Shown in pieces: positions 1 to 9,610 of a DNA stretch of 64,000 nt. This stretch comes from an uncultured Acidobacteriota bacterium (lineage in GTDB: Bacteria; Actinomycetota; Acidimicrobiia; Spongiisociales; ZC4RG35), in NCBI GenBank assembly GCA_963810465.1, contig CAWENM010000002.1, forward strand, positions 451,001 through 515,000. The letters run 5' to 3'. The notes under the pieces were generated by a model that saw only the letters and a program-made list of their open reading frames with translations, was not told the DNA's origin and made no database searches. Position 1 is the stretch's first letter. Each line of letters starts with the position of its first letter. A program made the translations under genes and the position numbers.

Positions 1-788
1 GCGGCGAGGGGGCCGTCCTCGTCGACGCCCACGGACGCCGCTTCATGCCCCAATATCACCCCATGGCCGAGCTGGCTCCACGGGACATCGTGGCGCGCGC
101 CATCTTTTGGCAGTACGACCGGGGCCTGGGTGGGGCCTATCTGGATGCGAGATCGATCGTCGACTTCCCCGATCGGTTCCCGACTGTCAACGCCCACGCC
201 CACTCTGTCGACCTCGACCCGTCTGAGCATCTGCTGCCGGTCTCACCGGCGGCCCACTACTACATGGGCGGGATCGACGCCGATGCAAACGGGCGGACTT
301 CGGTCCCTGGTCTATGGGCGGTTGGAGAGGCCAGCTCGACGGGCGTTCACGGCGCCAACCGACTTGCCTCCAACTCTTTGCTGGAGGGTCTCGTCTTTGG
401 GGCGCGGACGTCAGCCGACGTGGCGACCTCCCTGGTCGAGCCGGACGGAGAGCCGTTCGCTCCGAAAGAGGCCCTGGACCTGCCATTGGTGGCGGGCCCT
501 GCCCTCGAGGATCTCCGTCAGATCATGTGGGATCGGGTGGGTCTGGTGCGCACCGGGCCGGGTCTGTGGGAGGCAAGGAGTCATCTGCTCGAGCTGGACT
601 CCGTGCTGCGCCGCACCATCGCCGGGCGGGTCGCTCTCGAGCTGTCGTTGATGGTGATCCTGGCCGCGCTCCGGCGCTCCGAGTCGAGGGGCGGCCACTA
701 CCGGGCCGACTACCCCGAGCCCGACCCGATGCAGGAGCACCGCACCCTGATCGACCCCACCAGGGCGCAGATGACGGCAGTGAGCTGA
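1..788 (+). CDS. nadB: L-aspartate oxidase, C-terminal part (5' end outside window)
   Basis: ORF 45..788 continues to window start in the same frame. The translation (YYMGGI, GANRLASNSLLEGLVFG, RSESRGGHYRADYP) matches the NadB / FAD-dependent succinate dehydrogenase flavoprotein superfamily C-terminal region. Stop TGA 786-788 overlaps nadC ATG (ATGA-type). Confidence 0.85.
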   Translation, partial: GEGAVLVDAHGRRFMPQYHPMAELAPRDIVARAIFWQYDRGLGGAYLDARSIVDFPDRFPTVNAHAHSVDLDPSEHLLPVSPAAHYYMGGIDADANGRTSVPGLWAVGEASSTGVHGANRLASNSLLEGLVFGARTSADVATSLVEPDGEPFAPKEALDLPLVAGPALEDLRQIMWDRVGLVRTGPGLWEARSHLLELDSVLRRTIAGRVALELSLMVILAALRRSESRGGHYRADYPEPDPMQEHRTLIDPTRAQMTAVS

Positions 789-1621
789 TGTTGCGCGCCG
801 ACTACGTGGAGATCGTTGGCCGTGCCCTGTCCGAGGACCTCGGCTCCGAAGGTGACATCACCTCCGACTCGGTCGTGCCCAAGACTGCTGAGAGCAAGGG
901 CTCCTTCGTCGCCCGTGGGCCAGGTGTGATCGCCGGGCTCGAAGTCGCCGCCTACGTCTTCGAGGCGCTCGACCCCTCCGTTCGCTTCGAGCCGAATGTC
1001 GAGGACGGCCATCGCGTCGACGCCGGCGGAATCGTCGCCCACATATCGGGGCACTCACGTTCCATCCTCAGTGGGGAGCGAACCGCGCTCAACCTCCTGG
1101 GCCGGATGTCGGGTGTGGCCACGGCAACGGCACAACTGGTCGAAGCCGTCTCGGGGACCGGGGCACGGATATCTGACACACGGAAGACGATGCCGGGGCT
1201 CAGGGCCCTGGACAAGTACGCGGTGAGAGTGGGGGGCGGCATGAACCACCGATTCGGGCTCTACGACGCGGTCCTGATCAAGGACAACCATCTCGTCGCC
1301 GCAGGTGACATCGCCGACGCCGTGGCGGCGGCTCGGGCGAAGGTGCGGCCCGGGGTGATGATCGAGGTCGAGGTCGTCAGCCTCGAACAGCTCGCTCAGG
1401 TTCTCCAAACGGGAGCTGACCGCGTGCTGCTCGACAATATGGGCCCGGAGATGCTGCGTCAGGCGGTCGAGATGGTGGACGGTCCCATGATGTTGGAGGC
1501 ATCAGGCGGAGTCACGCTCGAGAATGTCCGTCTCCTTGCCGAGACCGGCGTCGACATCATCTCGGTGGGATGGATCACCCATTCCGCACCCCAACTCGAC
1601 ATCGGACTGGATTTCGTGTGA
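788..1621 (+). CDS. nadC: nicotinate-nucleotide pyrophosphorylase (quinolinate phosphoribosyltransferase)
   Basis: Internal ATG at 788 within ORF 314..1621, giving [14 protein letters not shown]... with typical NadC motifs ([24 protein letters not shown]). Coupled to nadB by a TGATG overlap. The upstream 158 codons of the ORF lie in an alternate frame of nadB and are rejected. Confidence 0.9.
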   Translation: MLRADYVEIVGRALSEDLGSEGDITSDSVVPKTAESKGSFVARGPGVIAGLEVAAYVFEALDPSVRFEPNVEDGHRVDAGGIVAHISGHSRSILSGERTALNLLGRMSGVATATAQLVEAVSGTGARISDTRKTMPGLRALDKYAVRVGGGMNHRFGLYDAVLIKDNHLVAAGDIADAVAAARAKVRPGVMIEVEVVSLEQLAQVLQTGADRVLLDNMGPEMLRQAVEMVDGPMMLEASGGVTLENVRLLAETGVDIISVGWITHSAPQLDIGLDFV

Positions 1622-1649
1622 CTCCCGGCTCACGGATAACTTCGACGCC

Positions 1650-2639
1650 ATGAGCGAACAACCAGTACGGGTGGCAGTGACCGGAGCGGCCGGGCAGATC
1701 GGCTACAGCCTTCTCTTCCGGATCGCGGGCGGGGACATGCTCGGCCCGGACCAGCCGGTCATCCTCCAAATGCTCGAGATCCCCCAGGCACTGGGCGCCC
1801 TCAACGGCGTGACCATGGAGCTCGAGGACGGCGCCTTTCCCCTGCTGGAGGCGACCGTCGCCACCGATGACCCGGAGGTGGCGTTCGCCGACACCGACAT
1901 CGCCCTTCTGGTCGGTGCCATGCCCCGGACGGCGGAAATGGAGCGCTCCGACCTTCTCTCGGCCAACGGCGCCATCTTCACCATGCAGGGACGGGCCATC
2001 GCCACCTCCGCCAGCCCCGATGCGAAGGTGCTCGTCGTGGGGAACCCGGCGAACACCAATGCACTGATCGCCATGAACAACGCCACGGGGATGGACCCGT
2101 CCAATTTCACCGCGATGACCAGGCTCGATCACAACCGGGCGGTGGCACAGTTGGCCAAGCGGGTGGGCCGGCCGGTCACGTCGGTCCGGAGGATGACCAT
2201 CTGGGGAAATCACTCGTCGACCCAGTACCCCGACCTGTTCCATTGCGAGGTCGACGGCAAGCCCGCTCACGAGCTGGTGGACGATCAGGTCTGGATCGAC
2301 GACGAGTTCATCCCCACCGTCGCCAGGCGTGGCACCGCCATCATCGAGGCGAGGGGCGCGTCCTCAGCGGCATCGGCCGCCAATGCCGCCATCGGGCACA
2401 TCCATGACTGGTGGCACGACACACCGGAAGGCGACTGGGTCTCGATGGGTGTCCCTTCAGACGGGTCGTACGGGGTGCCCGAGGGCCTGATGTCTTCTTT
2501 CCCGTGTATCTGTCGGGATCGACGGTGGGAGATCGTCCAGGGTCTCGAGATAGATGACTATTCACGGAAGCGGATCGACGCCTCGGTGGCCGAGCTCATC
2601 GAAGAGCGGGACGCCGTCACCGAGCTCGGCTTGATCTAG
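1650..2639 (+). CDS. mdh: malate dehydrogenase (NAD-dependent, cytosolic/LDH-like type)
   Basis: ATG at 1650 inside ORF 1524..2639. N-terminal [23 protein letters not shown] Rossmann motif, [12 protein letters not shown] and the remaining sequence match type-2 MDH. Confidence 0.9.
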   Translation: MSEQPVRVAVTGAAGQIGYSLLFRIAGGDMLGPDQPVILQMLEIPQALGALNGVTMELEDGAFPLLEATVATDDPEVAFADTDIALLVGAMPRTAEMERSDLLSANGAIFTMQGRAIATSASPDAKVLVVGNPANTNALIAMNNATGMDPSNFTAMTRLDHNRAVAQLAKRVGRPVTSVRRMTIWGNHSSTQYPDLFHCEVDGKPAHELVDDQVWIDDEFIPTVARRGTAIIEARGASSAASAANAAIGHIHDWWHDTPEGDWVSMGVPSDGSYGVPEGLMSSFPCICRDRRWEIVQGLEIDDYSRKRIDASVAELIEERDAVTELGLI

Positions 2640-2893
2640 TTCGCCAGGAAGAAGCCGACCATCGTCCCGAGGGTGACGACAAACCCACTCAGGGTGGCGA
2701 GATACAGCCGATCGATGCGCGCATTCACCGATTCAAGGAGCTCGGCACCGAACGACGCTAGGTCGGATTTGGTGACCAACTCCGAGATGTCGTAGGCAGG
2801 AAGTGCCGCCATCAGCGTCTCCGCTCGTCGCGGGCCGAGCAATTCGGTCAACCCATTGTAGAGGTCGTGGCGATCGGATTCCGAGACGGTCAC
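2636..2893 (-). CDS. hypothetical small protein with C-terminal hydrophobic anchor
   Basis: 85-aa ORF whose last about 25 residues are hydrophobic ([18 protein letters not shown]). Its end overlaps the mdh stop convergently. No recognisable family. Confidence 0.35.
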   Translation of the reverse strand: MTVSESDRHDLYNGLTELLGPRRAETLMAALPAYDISELVTKSDLASFGAELLESVNARIDRLYLATLSGFVVTLGTMVGFFLAN

Positions 2894-2957
2894 ACCACCA
2901 AGATGCCACGACGGAGTACGTCGTTCAAGAGTCTTGGCAGTGGCCGGCGAAGCGGAC

Positions 2958-3323
2958 TCAGCCGTCCGGCTCCTCCCACTCGACGACCGGCCGCACTTCG
3001 ACCCGGCCGTACCAGGCGCCCGGTATCTGCTGTGCCCATTTCAGGGCTTCGTCGAGATCTGCCACGTCCAGCAGGTAAAAGCCACCCAGGACTTCTTTGG
3101 TCTCGGCGAAAGGCCCGTCGGTGAAGACCGGCTCTCCCCCTTTGCCATTGGGGAGGTGGATGGTGGTCGCCGTGTTGGTGTCGTATAGGGCCTCACCGCC
3201 GGCCACGACGCCGGCCGCCCTCGCCGCCTCGGTGAATGCGTTGTATTCCTCCGTCACCCGTTCCAGTTCCTCGGGCGTGCCCGTTTCTTCTGGTCCATAG
3301 ATGAGTGCTGCATATTTGGGCAT
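2958..3323 (-). CDS. YciI-like (DGPF/YCII-related) small protein
   Basis: 121 aa; MPKYAALIYGPEETG start and overall pattern (FTDGPFAETKE) are typical of the YCII-related dimeric alpha/beta-barrel family. Confidence 0.65.
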   Translation of the reverse strand: MPKYAALIYGPEETGTPEELERVTEEYNAFTEAARAAGVVAGGEALYDTNTATTIHLPNGKGGEPVFTDGPFAETKEVLGGFYLLDVADLDEALKWAQQIPGAWYGRVEVRPVVEWEEPDG

Positions 3324-3405
3324 CCTTGGTTCCCTTCTCTCGTGGGACGCCTGATAGCTCTATGACGGAGAGCTCGAGTCGCTTTCGACAGGATTGTGCG
3401 TCGGT

Positions 3406-3789
3406 TCAGTACTCGACGTCGAGCTCGGACACGGCAGCGCCCCATTGCTGAATTGCGCCCTGGTGCATCATCAGCTTGGCCAGGTTGCCCGAAACCTTGA
3501 GCTTGCCCGTCATGAAGGCGCTCTGGGTGTTCAGATCGCCCTTCGAGATGGCGGTGGCGGTGTCGTAGGTCTGCTTGACGGTCACGTCGGCAGCTTCGAG
3601 GGTGCCCAGGGCCATGGTGGCGCTGCCGCCGCCAGCCTGCAGGTAGTAGTCGACTTCGCCGTCCGGTGCATCGGTCGTGCTGAATTGGATACCGAGCTCG
3701 GCTTCCCCGATGGCGTTCTTGAAGCCGTCATGGCTGTTGAGAGCGGTGGTGACTTCCGACGCCCACTCGTCACTGAGAAACTTGGACAA
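3406..3789 (-). CDS. SCP2 sterol-binding domain protein
   Basis: 127 aa; the C-terminal region AFMTGKLKVSGNLAKLMMHQG is the hallmark SCP-2 motif. Confidence 0.7.
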   Translation of the reverse strand: MSKFLSDEWASEVTTALNSHDGFKNAIGEAELGIQFSTTDAPDGEVDYYLQAGGGSATMALGTLEAADVTVKQTYDTATAISKGDLNTQSAFMTGKLKVSGNLAKLMMHQGAIQQWGAAVSELDVEY

Positions 3790-3868
3790 ATTGGGACTCC
3801 TTGGTGATTGGGGCGCGAATGGTACAGGCCACTGATCTGGTTGAGTTGGGCTCGGCTGGCGGCCCGGA

Positions 3869-4720
3869 TCAGATCAACTTTGCGATCGAGGTCTCGGCGC
3901 CTCGTGAGAGCCTGGTCAGAGGTTCCCTGGGGTGTCCCGGGTCGAGACCCGCCGCCTTGGCGGCCGCCTTGACACCAGGCACGCCGTGAGCCTCGACATC
4001 GGAGCTGATGGCGCTGAGTCGCTTCTGCAGCTTTCTTGCCTTGGCGGGGTCGGCCTTGGCTGCGGCCAGAGTCTGGAGCACCAACTCGGGCACGTAGTTG
4101 CCTGACCCGGTGATGGCTCCGTGACAGCCAATGGCCATCGCCGCGGTGAGAGCTCGGGACGACCCGGAGTAGAGGAGAAAGTCCGAAGGCGAAGCATCGA
4201 TGATCGATTGGAGCCGCACCACATCGCCACTCGAGTCCTTCATGCCCACGATGTTGTCGTGTCGGGAGAGCCGCCACACGAGCTCGAGCGGGAGGTTGTA
4301 CCCGGTCACCGAAGGTACCGAGTAGAGGAAGACCGGAGCCGTCGACGTGTCCGCGATTGTCTTGTAGAACCGGAGAACAGCCTCGTCCCGCCCTCGGGTC
4401 AGGGTGGTTGGCGTCATCACCAGGATGCTGTCGGCGCCGCCTTCGATGGCCTCCTCTACCTGGTGCAACGCGACCCGGGTCGACTCGGCAGCTATCCCGA
4501 TCATGAAATGGGACTTTCGCCTACGCCCTGCCTTCACCAACCGGAATCGCTCACCGGGCTCCAGATACGGCCCTTCCCCGTTCGACCCACCGATGACAAA
4601 ACCATCGATGCCTGCTGCGGCCAGCAACCGGAGGTTGGTGGTGTGCGCCCTGGTATCGATCTCCCCGCCCCGCGTGAAGGGCGTGATCAAGGCAGGCATG
4701 TAGTCGGGTGGGGGCAGCAT
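3869..4720 (-). CDS. dihydrodipicolinate synthase / N-acetylneuraminate lyase family aldolase
   Basis: 283 aa; GGSNGEGPYL (GxxGE motif) and the Schiff-base lysine context IVGMKDSSGD match the DapA/NAL class I aldolase family. The exact substrate cannot be assigned. Confidence 0.8.
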   Translation of the reverse strand: MLPPPDYMPALITPFTRGGEIDTRAHTTNLRLLAAAGIDGFVIGGSNGEGPYLEPGERFRLVKAGRRRKSHFMIGIAAESTRVALHQVEEAIEGGADSILVMTPTTLTRGRDEAVLRFYKTIADTSTAPVFLYSVPSVTGYNLPLELVWRLSRHDNIVGMKDSSGDVVRLQSIIDASPSDFLLYSGSSRALTAAMAIGCHGAITGSGNYVPELVLQTLAAAKADPAKARKLQKRLSAISSDVEAHGVPGVKAAAKAAGLDPGHPREPLTRLSRGAETSIAKLI

Positions 4721-4745
4721 GCCGCCAGCCTAGAAGTGCTTGACC

Positions 4746-6242
4746 TCAGTCGATGAGGTGGATCGGGTTCCCGATCATGTAGGCCCGCCAGGTCGTGGTG
4801 TCGTTCACCGCCGACGGGTAGGCGTAGCTCATCTTCCACCAGCAGTTGGTGCAGGAGTACGCCGCAGGCAGATCCATCTCGAACTTGAGCCAGCGTCCGT
4901 TGTACTCACCGGGGGCCACCGATTCCTGGCAGTTGGTCCCACTGGGGATGGTTGCTTGCAGGTTCCAGGCCACGGTCGGGTTGTTGCGGCTGTAGATCCG
5001 GCACTGGCCGTCGTTGAAAACGCTCGCCGTGGGATCGACCACGGCCAGGGTCCCATTGGCGGCCGACTCCCCGGCGTCGTACAACTCCACCACGAAAGTC
5101 TTGCCGTGGTAATAGGTGGGCACTTCTGCCAGGTAGAAGGAGGTTGTTGTGCCGCTGGCGTTGTTGTAGATGGAGAAATCACCGAGGGCGAACAGCTTGG
5201 CCCCGTTGAGGTTGGCTCGGACCGAGTAACGATTCAGACCGGCCCGGTCGACCGTGGCGCCGGGGTCTTGAACTGCGATCTGGAGGACATAGATCCCGGT
5301 GCCGGACTGAGTCCAACATGCGTTGCCGTTTGGCGTCGCCCAGCCGTAGGCGGCGGTGGGGAGTACCTGCCCGGCGGGGCTGAGGGTTGCCGTACACAAC
5401 GGAGCGGCATTGTCGGAGAGGTCGAGTGGTGTGGGGTCCGGAGCGTAGAGCCTGACCACCATGGTCGGCCCACAGGTGGCGGCCGCGCTCGGGGTCCAGT
5501 CCTCGCACCCACGGTCACCGGTGCGAATGGTGTCACTGGTGGGGTTGCCACCAGAGGTGTTGAAGAATCTGAGGTCGATCCCCTGGATCGTGAAGGGGCC
5601 GGTCCCCCTCTCGATTCCGTAGAGATAACCACCCGGTCGGGCGATCGGGTTCGCGGTACAGGTGGGGACATCCGAGCTTCCGACACAGTGCGATGTGTAG
5701 GCATCACCCATGCTGGTGTCGGTGAACCATCCATGGATGTTGGCCCAGAAGTTGGGCTGTCCGGACGGGCAGCCGGCCGACCCCGGAGCGCAGCCGTTGC
5801 CGAAGTCGCCGGCTGGGCTCCCCAATTTCAACGGCGGTATGTACTCAGCTACCGCCGACCGCTCAATCGTCATCTCGTCGAAGCCGAGCGCGCCGAGGAA
5901 GAAGGTTGGCACCACGTCTTGGACCGATACACCGAGCTGGTTCGGCTCGCCGGTCACTGCACCGGAGCTGACCACCACATCGGCGTCGGCGTCGTTGTAT
6001 CCATTTTGCAGTGCGGTGGCGAGGGCAGTGCTGTTGGCCGTGCCGGTGTTGGCGGGCAGCCAGACGACACCGCCGAGGGCGGCGGCGTCCGCGGCTCGCT
6101 GTACGCGGCTGGCGTTCAGATAAAACCAAGCAAGGTCGGTGCCGAAGGCGGCCATCCCCAAGAGAAGCACCATCGACATGGCGACCAGGATCATGGCTGT
6201 GCCATTGTCCTTCTCGCGAGCTCTCTCGAACAGTTTCCTCAT
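4746..6242 (-). CDS. large TadG-like pseudopilin: TadG N-terminal domain plus about 380-aa domain with 14 cysteines (copy 1)
   Basis: 498 aa. The N-terminus (GTAMILVAMSMVLLLGMAAFGTDLAWFYLNASRVQRAADAAALGG) matches the Flp-pilus-assembly TadG N-terminal (Tad_N) domain. The remainder is Cys-rich with no vWA MIDAS motif. Start ATG 6242 overlaps the stop of the upstream TadE-like gene (ATGA). Confidence 0.8.
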   Translation of the reverse strand: MRKLFERAREKDNGTAMILVAMSMVLLLGMAAFGTDLAWFYLNASRVQRAADAAALGGVVWLPANTGTANSTALATALQNGYNDADADVVVSSGAVTGEPNQLGVSVQDVVPTFFLGALGFDEMTIERSAVAEYIPPLKLGSPAGDFGNGCAPGSAGCPSGQPNFWANIHGWFTDTSMGDAYTSHCVGSSDVPTCTANPIARPGGYLYGIERGTGPFTIQGIDLRFFNTSGGNPTSDTIRTGDRGCEDWTPSAAATCGPTMVVRLYAPDPTPLDLSDNAAPLCTATLSPAGQVLPTAAYGWATPNGNACWTQSGTGIYVLQIAVQDPGATVDRAGLNRYSVRANLNGAKLFALGDFSIYNNASGTTTSFYLAEVPTYYHGKTFVVELYDAGESAANGTLAVVDPTASVFNDGQCRIYSRNNPTVAWNLQATIPSGTNCQESVAPGEYNGRWLKFEMDLPAAYSCTNCWWKMSYAYPSAVNDTTTWRAYMIGNPIHLID

Positions 6243-6796
6243 TGTGTGCCTCGGGTATCGGGCTCGATCTGCATCACTGCAGACTCGGTCCAGTTGACGG
6301 TTGGGAAGGGGAAGATCCCGGTGATGTCGGTGTGGGAGAAAATGACTTCGACACCGAGGTCATCGAAAGTGGGCGGCACCCGGTCCCGACTGGCCGGCGC
6401 CCATGGGCAGCCGTTGACACAGCCGAGATTGGTGGCGGCGCTGTCACATGCCAGCGCTGCGGTCGGCTCGTACACGTTGACCGACCCGGTTATCGGATTA
6501 CCCGCCGCGTCGGCCTTGTAGATACGTACTTCTTCCAGGTCGCCGAAGTTGAGGTTGCAGGCGGACTCTTCTACGGCGGCGAGAATCAGATCGTCGGCGT
6601 CCTTCCCCGAGACAATGTCGTTGAAGTTCGCAGCAGCGGCGCCCGTACGAGCTCCCTCACGGGCCGAGTTGCTGACCGTGAGATAGTCCACGACGAGGAA
6701 GCCGACCTCGGAGAGCCCGATGGCCATCAGAATCAGCAGAGGGAGGACTATCGAGGCCTCGATCAGACTGGCGCCCTTCTCGAATCTGTTTCTCAT
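6239..6796 (-). CDS. TadE/TadF-like minor pilin (copy 1a)
   Basis: 185 aa. N-terminus MRNRFEKG|ASLIEASIVLPLLILMAIGL shows the class-III prepilin leader with G/xxxxE and the TadE-like hydrophobic segment. 4-nt overlaps link it to both neighbours. Confidence 0.8.
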   Translation of the reverse strand: MRNRFEKGASLIEASIVLPLLILMAIGLSEVGFLVVDYLTVSNSAREGARTGAAAANFNDIVSGKDADDLILAAVEESACNLNFGDLEEVRIYKADAAGNPITGSVNVYEPTAALACDSAATNLGCVNGCPWAPASRDRVPPTFDDLGVEVIFSHTDITGIFPFPTVNWTESAVMQIEPDTRGTQ

Positions 6797-7398
6797 GAGG
6801 TGCCGAACACCTGTGGTTCGACCTGGAAATCGGTGGAGGCGGTGAAGTCTGCGTCCGGCGTGAAGTACCCGGTGAGCCAGACGTGGGTGAAGTCGACCGC
6901 GACACCGATCCGGTCGGTGGTTGGAGCTTCGACATCACGGTCTGCCGGATCCCAGACGGGGGTGACATAGGTGGTGCGGAAGGGCTCGGGGCAAGGGGAC
7001 CAGTCACAACAACCGGGGAGGGCGGGAGAGGAGGTGCTGGCACAGCCGGTGCCTGGGGCATAGTTGTAGGTGGTCGATTCGCCTAGAGGAGTGGCTTCGA
7101 AAATCCTGGCGGTCATGCCATCCGAGATTCCCGCCGGCGACAGCGTCTGCTCGATGTCCCGGAGGATCTGTATGTCGGCCCGCGGATCGTCGCCATAGGT
7201 CGCTCCAGCCCTGGCGCCTTCACGTGCTGCATGGCTCACCGAGAGCCAGTCCTTGAAGGCGAGACCGAACTCGACGACTGCGAACAGGGTCAGAAAGAGC
7301 AGGCCGTACACAATGGCCGCCTCGACCAGCGTTGCCCCGCGCTCACGCCCGGGATCGCCCCGATCGATGATGCCCCTGATGCCTTTCACTGCCTTCAC
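6793..7398 (-). CDS. TadE-like minor pilin (copy 1b); start uncertain
   Basis: The ORF runs to a TTG at 7491, but the paralog at 9607..10185 has only a 10-aa leader before RG|ATLVEAA. A GTG at 7398 (GGTGGAAAGAC spacer) or a GTG at 7389 are more plausible starts. The TadE domain is ATLVEAAIVYGLLFLTLFAVVEFGLAF. Confidence 0.65.
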   Translation of the reverse strand: MKAVKGIRGIIDRGDPGRERGATLVEAAIVYGLLFLTLFAVVEFGLAFKDWLSVSHAAREGARAGATYGDDPRADIQILRDIEQTLSPAGISDGMTARIFEATPLGESTTYNYAPGTGCASTSSPALPGCCDWSPCPEPFRTTYVTPVWDPADRDVEAPTTDRIGVAVDFTHVWLTGYFTPDADFTASTDFQVEPQVFGTS

Positions 7399-7516
7399 GT
7401 CTTTCCACCCACCCGGGCATTGCGTTGCCCAATGACTGGGGGTACTTCGGCAGAAACGGCCAATTACTGAAGGCGATTTGGCCAAGAGCAAGGATTGGGT
7501 TCGCCAGACCCAAGAG

Positions 7517-7537
7517 AAACCTCAACCCAGAGTGGGG
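7517..7537. promoter_or_regulatory. conserved upstream element AAACCTCAACCCAGAGTGGGG, copy A (a second AGAGTGGG lies at 7551-7559)
   Basis: Shared 16-18-nt motif (AACCT[AC][AC]CCCAGAGTGG) found upstream of both pseudopilin cassettes. See copy B at 10231..10246. Confidence 0.35.
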
Positions 7538-7574
7538 AGGCGTCACTGAGAGTGGGCGAACGGTCGCCCGTCTT

Positions 7575-9074
7575 CTACTCGACCAGGTGGATCGGGTTGC
7601 CGATCATGTACGCCTTCCAGGTGGTGGTGTCGTTGACACCCGATGGATAGGCGTAATTCACCTTCCACCAGCATCCGGGTACACCACCCTCGGTACAGGC
7701 GTACTCGGGGGGCAGGTCCATTTCGAATTTGAGCCAGCGGTCGTGGTATTCCTGTGGGGTCACTGTCTCCTGGCACGGGCTGCCGGCGGCGATCGTGTTC
7801 TGCAGGCTCCAGTCCTGTCCCGGGTTGCCCCGCGTGTAGATCCGGCATTCTCCGTCATTGAAGACGGACCCGTCCGGGCTCACCATCTGCAGAGTCCCGG
7901 TTGCGGCCGACTCACCGGCGTCGAAGAACTCGACCACGAAGGTCTTGCCGTGGTAGTAGGTGGGGACTTCAGCCAGGTAGAACGCGGTGGTCGACCCGCT
8001 GGCGTTGTTGTATATCGAGAAGTCACCAAGTGCGTACAGCTGCCCGGAGGACGACTGGATCGAGTATCTGTTCAGGCCTGCTCGGTCGACCGCCCCCCCG
8101 GGGTCGACATGACGGACCTGCACCACATAGACACCCGGTCCCGACTGAGACCAGCACCCCTGGCCGTCGGGCGCCGAGAAGGCGTAGGGATCCGGGTCCA
8201 GCCCTTGGGGCAACGGCGGGATTGTGGCCTGGCAGAGGAGTGCGTTGTCAGTGACATCGAGAGGGGTTGGGTCCGGGGCGTAGAGGGCGACGTACATGGT
8301 CGGCCCACAGTCGGGAGCAGTGCTCCCTGTCCAGTCCTCACAGCCACGGTCGCCCGTGCGAATTCCATCGTTGGTCGTGTTCCCACCCGAGGTGTTGTGG
8401 AAGGCGATGTCGTTGAACTGGAGGGTGAAACTCGATCCGGACTCGATGCCGTAGAGGTATCCGGTGCTGCGGGCGAATGCGTTCTGGCTGCATCCGGGGT
8501 TGTCGTTGGCATTGGTGCACCACGACGAGTAGGCATCCCCCATCTCGTTGTCGGTCCACTTGCCATGGATGTTGGCCCAGAAGTTTGCCTGACCGGTGCA
8601 CCCTGGCTGCTCCGGATCGCACGAGTTGCCGAATTGATTATCGGGGCTGCCCAGTTTCAACGGCGGGATGTACTCGGCAACCGCGGTCCGTGAGATGTCC
8701 ATCGTGTCGAACCCGAGCACCTTGGCGAAGAAGGTCGGCACCACATCGTTGATCGTCACCTTCAGCTTGTTGGGCTCACCGGGTACCGCTGCCGGCAGGA
8801 CTTCGACATCGGTGAGGCCGTTGTCGTATCCGTTACGGAGTGCGATGTCGACTGCTGTGGCGTCGGCCGTGCCCGGCTGTCCCGGCAGCCAGATGACACC
8901 GCCGAGAGCCGCGGCATCGGCAGCCCTCTGCATCCGGCTGGCATTGAGATAGAACCAGCCGAGGTCGGTTCCGAAGGCGGCCATTCCCATCAAGACGACG
9001 AGCGATGCCGCCACCAGGGCCAATGCGGCGCCGCGGTCCTCACGTTCCTTGAATTGCCTGAAGAGGCGTCTCAT
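7575..9074 (-). CDS. large TadG-like pseudopilin with domain of 14 cysteines (copy 2, paralog of 4746..6242)
   Basis: 499 aa; same architecture as copy 1 with all 14 Cys positions and long blocks conserved (FYLAEVPTYYHGKTFVVE, WLKFEMDLP, YMIGNPIHL). Confidence 0.8.
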   Translation of the reverse strand: MRRLFRQFKEREDRGAALALVAASLVVLMGMAAFGTDLGWFYLNASRMQRAADAAALGGVIWLPGQPGTADATAVDIALRNGYDNGLTDVEVLPAAVPGEPNKLKVTINDVVPTFFAKVLGFDTMDISRTAVAEYIPPLKLGSPDNQFGNSCDPEQPGCTGQANFWANIHGKWTDNEMGDAYSSWCTNANDNPGCSQNAFARSTGYLYGIESGSSFTLQFNDIAFHNTSGGNTTNDGIRTGDRGCEDWTGSTAPDCGPTMYVALYAPDPTPLDVTDNALLCQATIPPLPQGLDPDPYAFSAPDGQGCWSQSGPGVYVVQVRHVDPGGAVDRAGLNRYSIQSSSGQLYALGDFSIYNNASGSTTAFYLAEVPTYYHGKTFVVEFFDAGESAATGTLQMVSPDGSVFNDGECRIYTRGNPGQDWSLQNTIAAGSPCQETVTPQEYHDRWLKFEMDLPPEYACTEGGVPGCWWKVNYAYPSGVNDTTTWKAYMIGNPIHLVE

Positions 9075-9610
9075 TGGCTGCCTCTGGTGTCAGGCTCGAT
9101 CTGCATCACCGCGGTCTCGTCCCAGTCGACAGTGGGGAAGGGGAAGATCCCGGTCACGCTTGTGTGAGAGAACGTGACCTCCACGCCGAGGACGTCGAGG
9201 CCGGGCGGCTCCCGATCGCGGCCGCTCGCGGCCCACGGGCATCCGTTGTCACAACTTAGGGCATTGCCCGGCGAGTCACATGAGAGACTGCCACCTGGCG
9301 AGTATTCGTTGATTGCACCCGGGATGGGATCACCGACAGCGTCTGCTTTGAAGATGCGCACCTTCTCCAGATCCCCGAAGCGGAGGTTGCACGAAGCCTC
9401 CTCCACCGCATCGAGGATGAGGGCGTCGGCAGTAGGGAAATTGGCGGCAGCCGCTCCAGTGCGAGCCCCTTCCCTCGCGGCATTGGTCACGGTGAGGTAG
9501 TCGACGACCAAGAAGCCGATCTCGGAGAGCCCGATGGCGAGAAGGATCAGGATTGGTAGGACAAGCCCAACCTCCACCAACGAGGCCCCGCGCTCGAGCC
9601 GACGCCTCAT
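9071..9610 (-). CDS. TadE/TadF-like minor pilin (copy 2a)
   Basis: 179 aa, paralog of 6239..6796 (MRRRLERG|ASLVEVGLVLPILILLAIGL). 4-nt overlaps with neighbours. Confidence 0.8.
   Translation of the reverse strand: MRRRLERGASLVEVGLVLPILILLAIGLSEIGFLVVDYLTVTNAAREGARTGAAAANFPTADALILDAVEEASCNLRFGDLEKVRIFKADAVGDPIPGAINEYSPGGSLSCDSPGNALSCDNGCPWAASGRDREPPGLDVLGVEVTFSHTSVTGIFPFPTVDWDETAVMQIEPDTRGSQ

Noticed and set aside
314-1621. Single 435-aa ORF spanning nadB and nadC
   Set aside because: The first 158 codons are an alternate frame of nadB with low-complexity translation. The true nadC starts at ATG 788, overlapping the nadB stop.
4740-6521. 593-aa + strand ORF antisense to the TadG-like gene. 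Similar long antisense ORFs lie at 7425..8693 (+), 11483..12556 (+), 16637..17902 (+), 19933..21600 (+), 33506..35362 (-), 35494..37197 (-) and 41656..42795 (+).
   Set aside because: The high GC content removes stop codons in non-coding frames. These translations are Arg/Gly/Pro-rich low-complexity sequences with no domain similarity. Each lies opposite a gene with clear homology and codon-position GC3 bias.
4746-9074. von Willebrand A (vWA) domain in the large TadG-like proteins, as in Aggregatibacter TadG
   Set aside because: I found no DxSxS MIDAS motif or Rossmann-like alternation. The domain is instead Cys-rich with 14 conserved cysteines. vWA is therefore not claimed.
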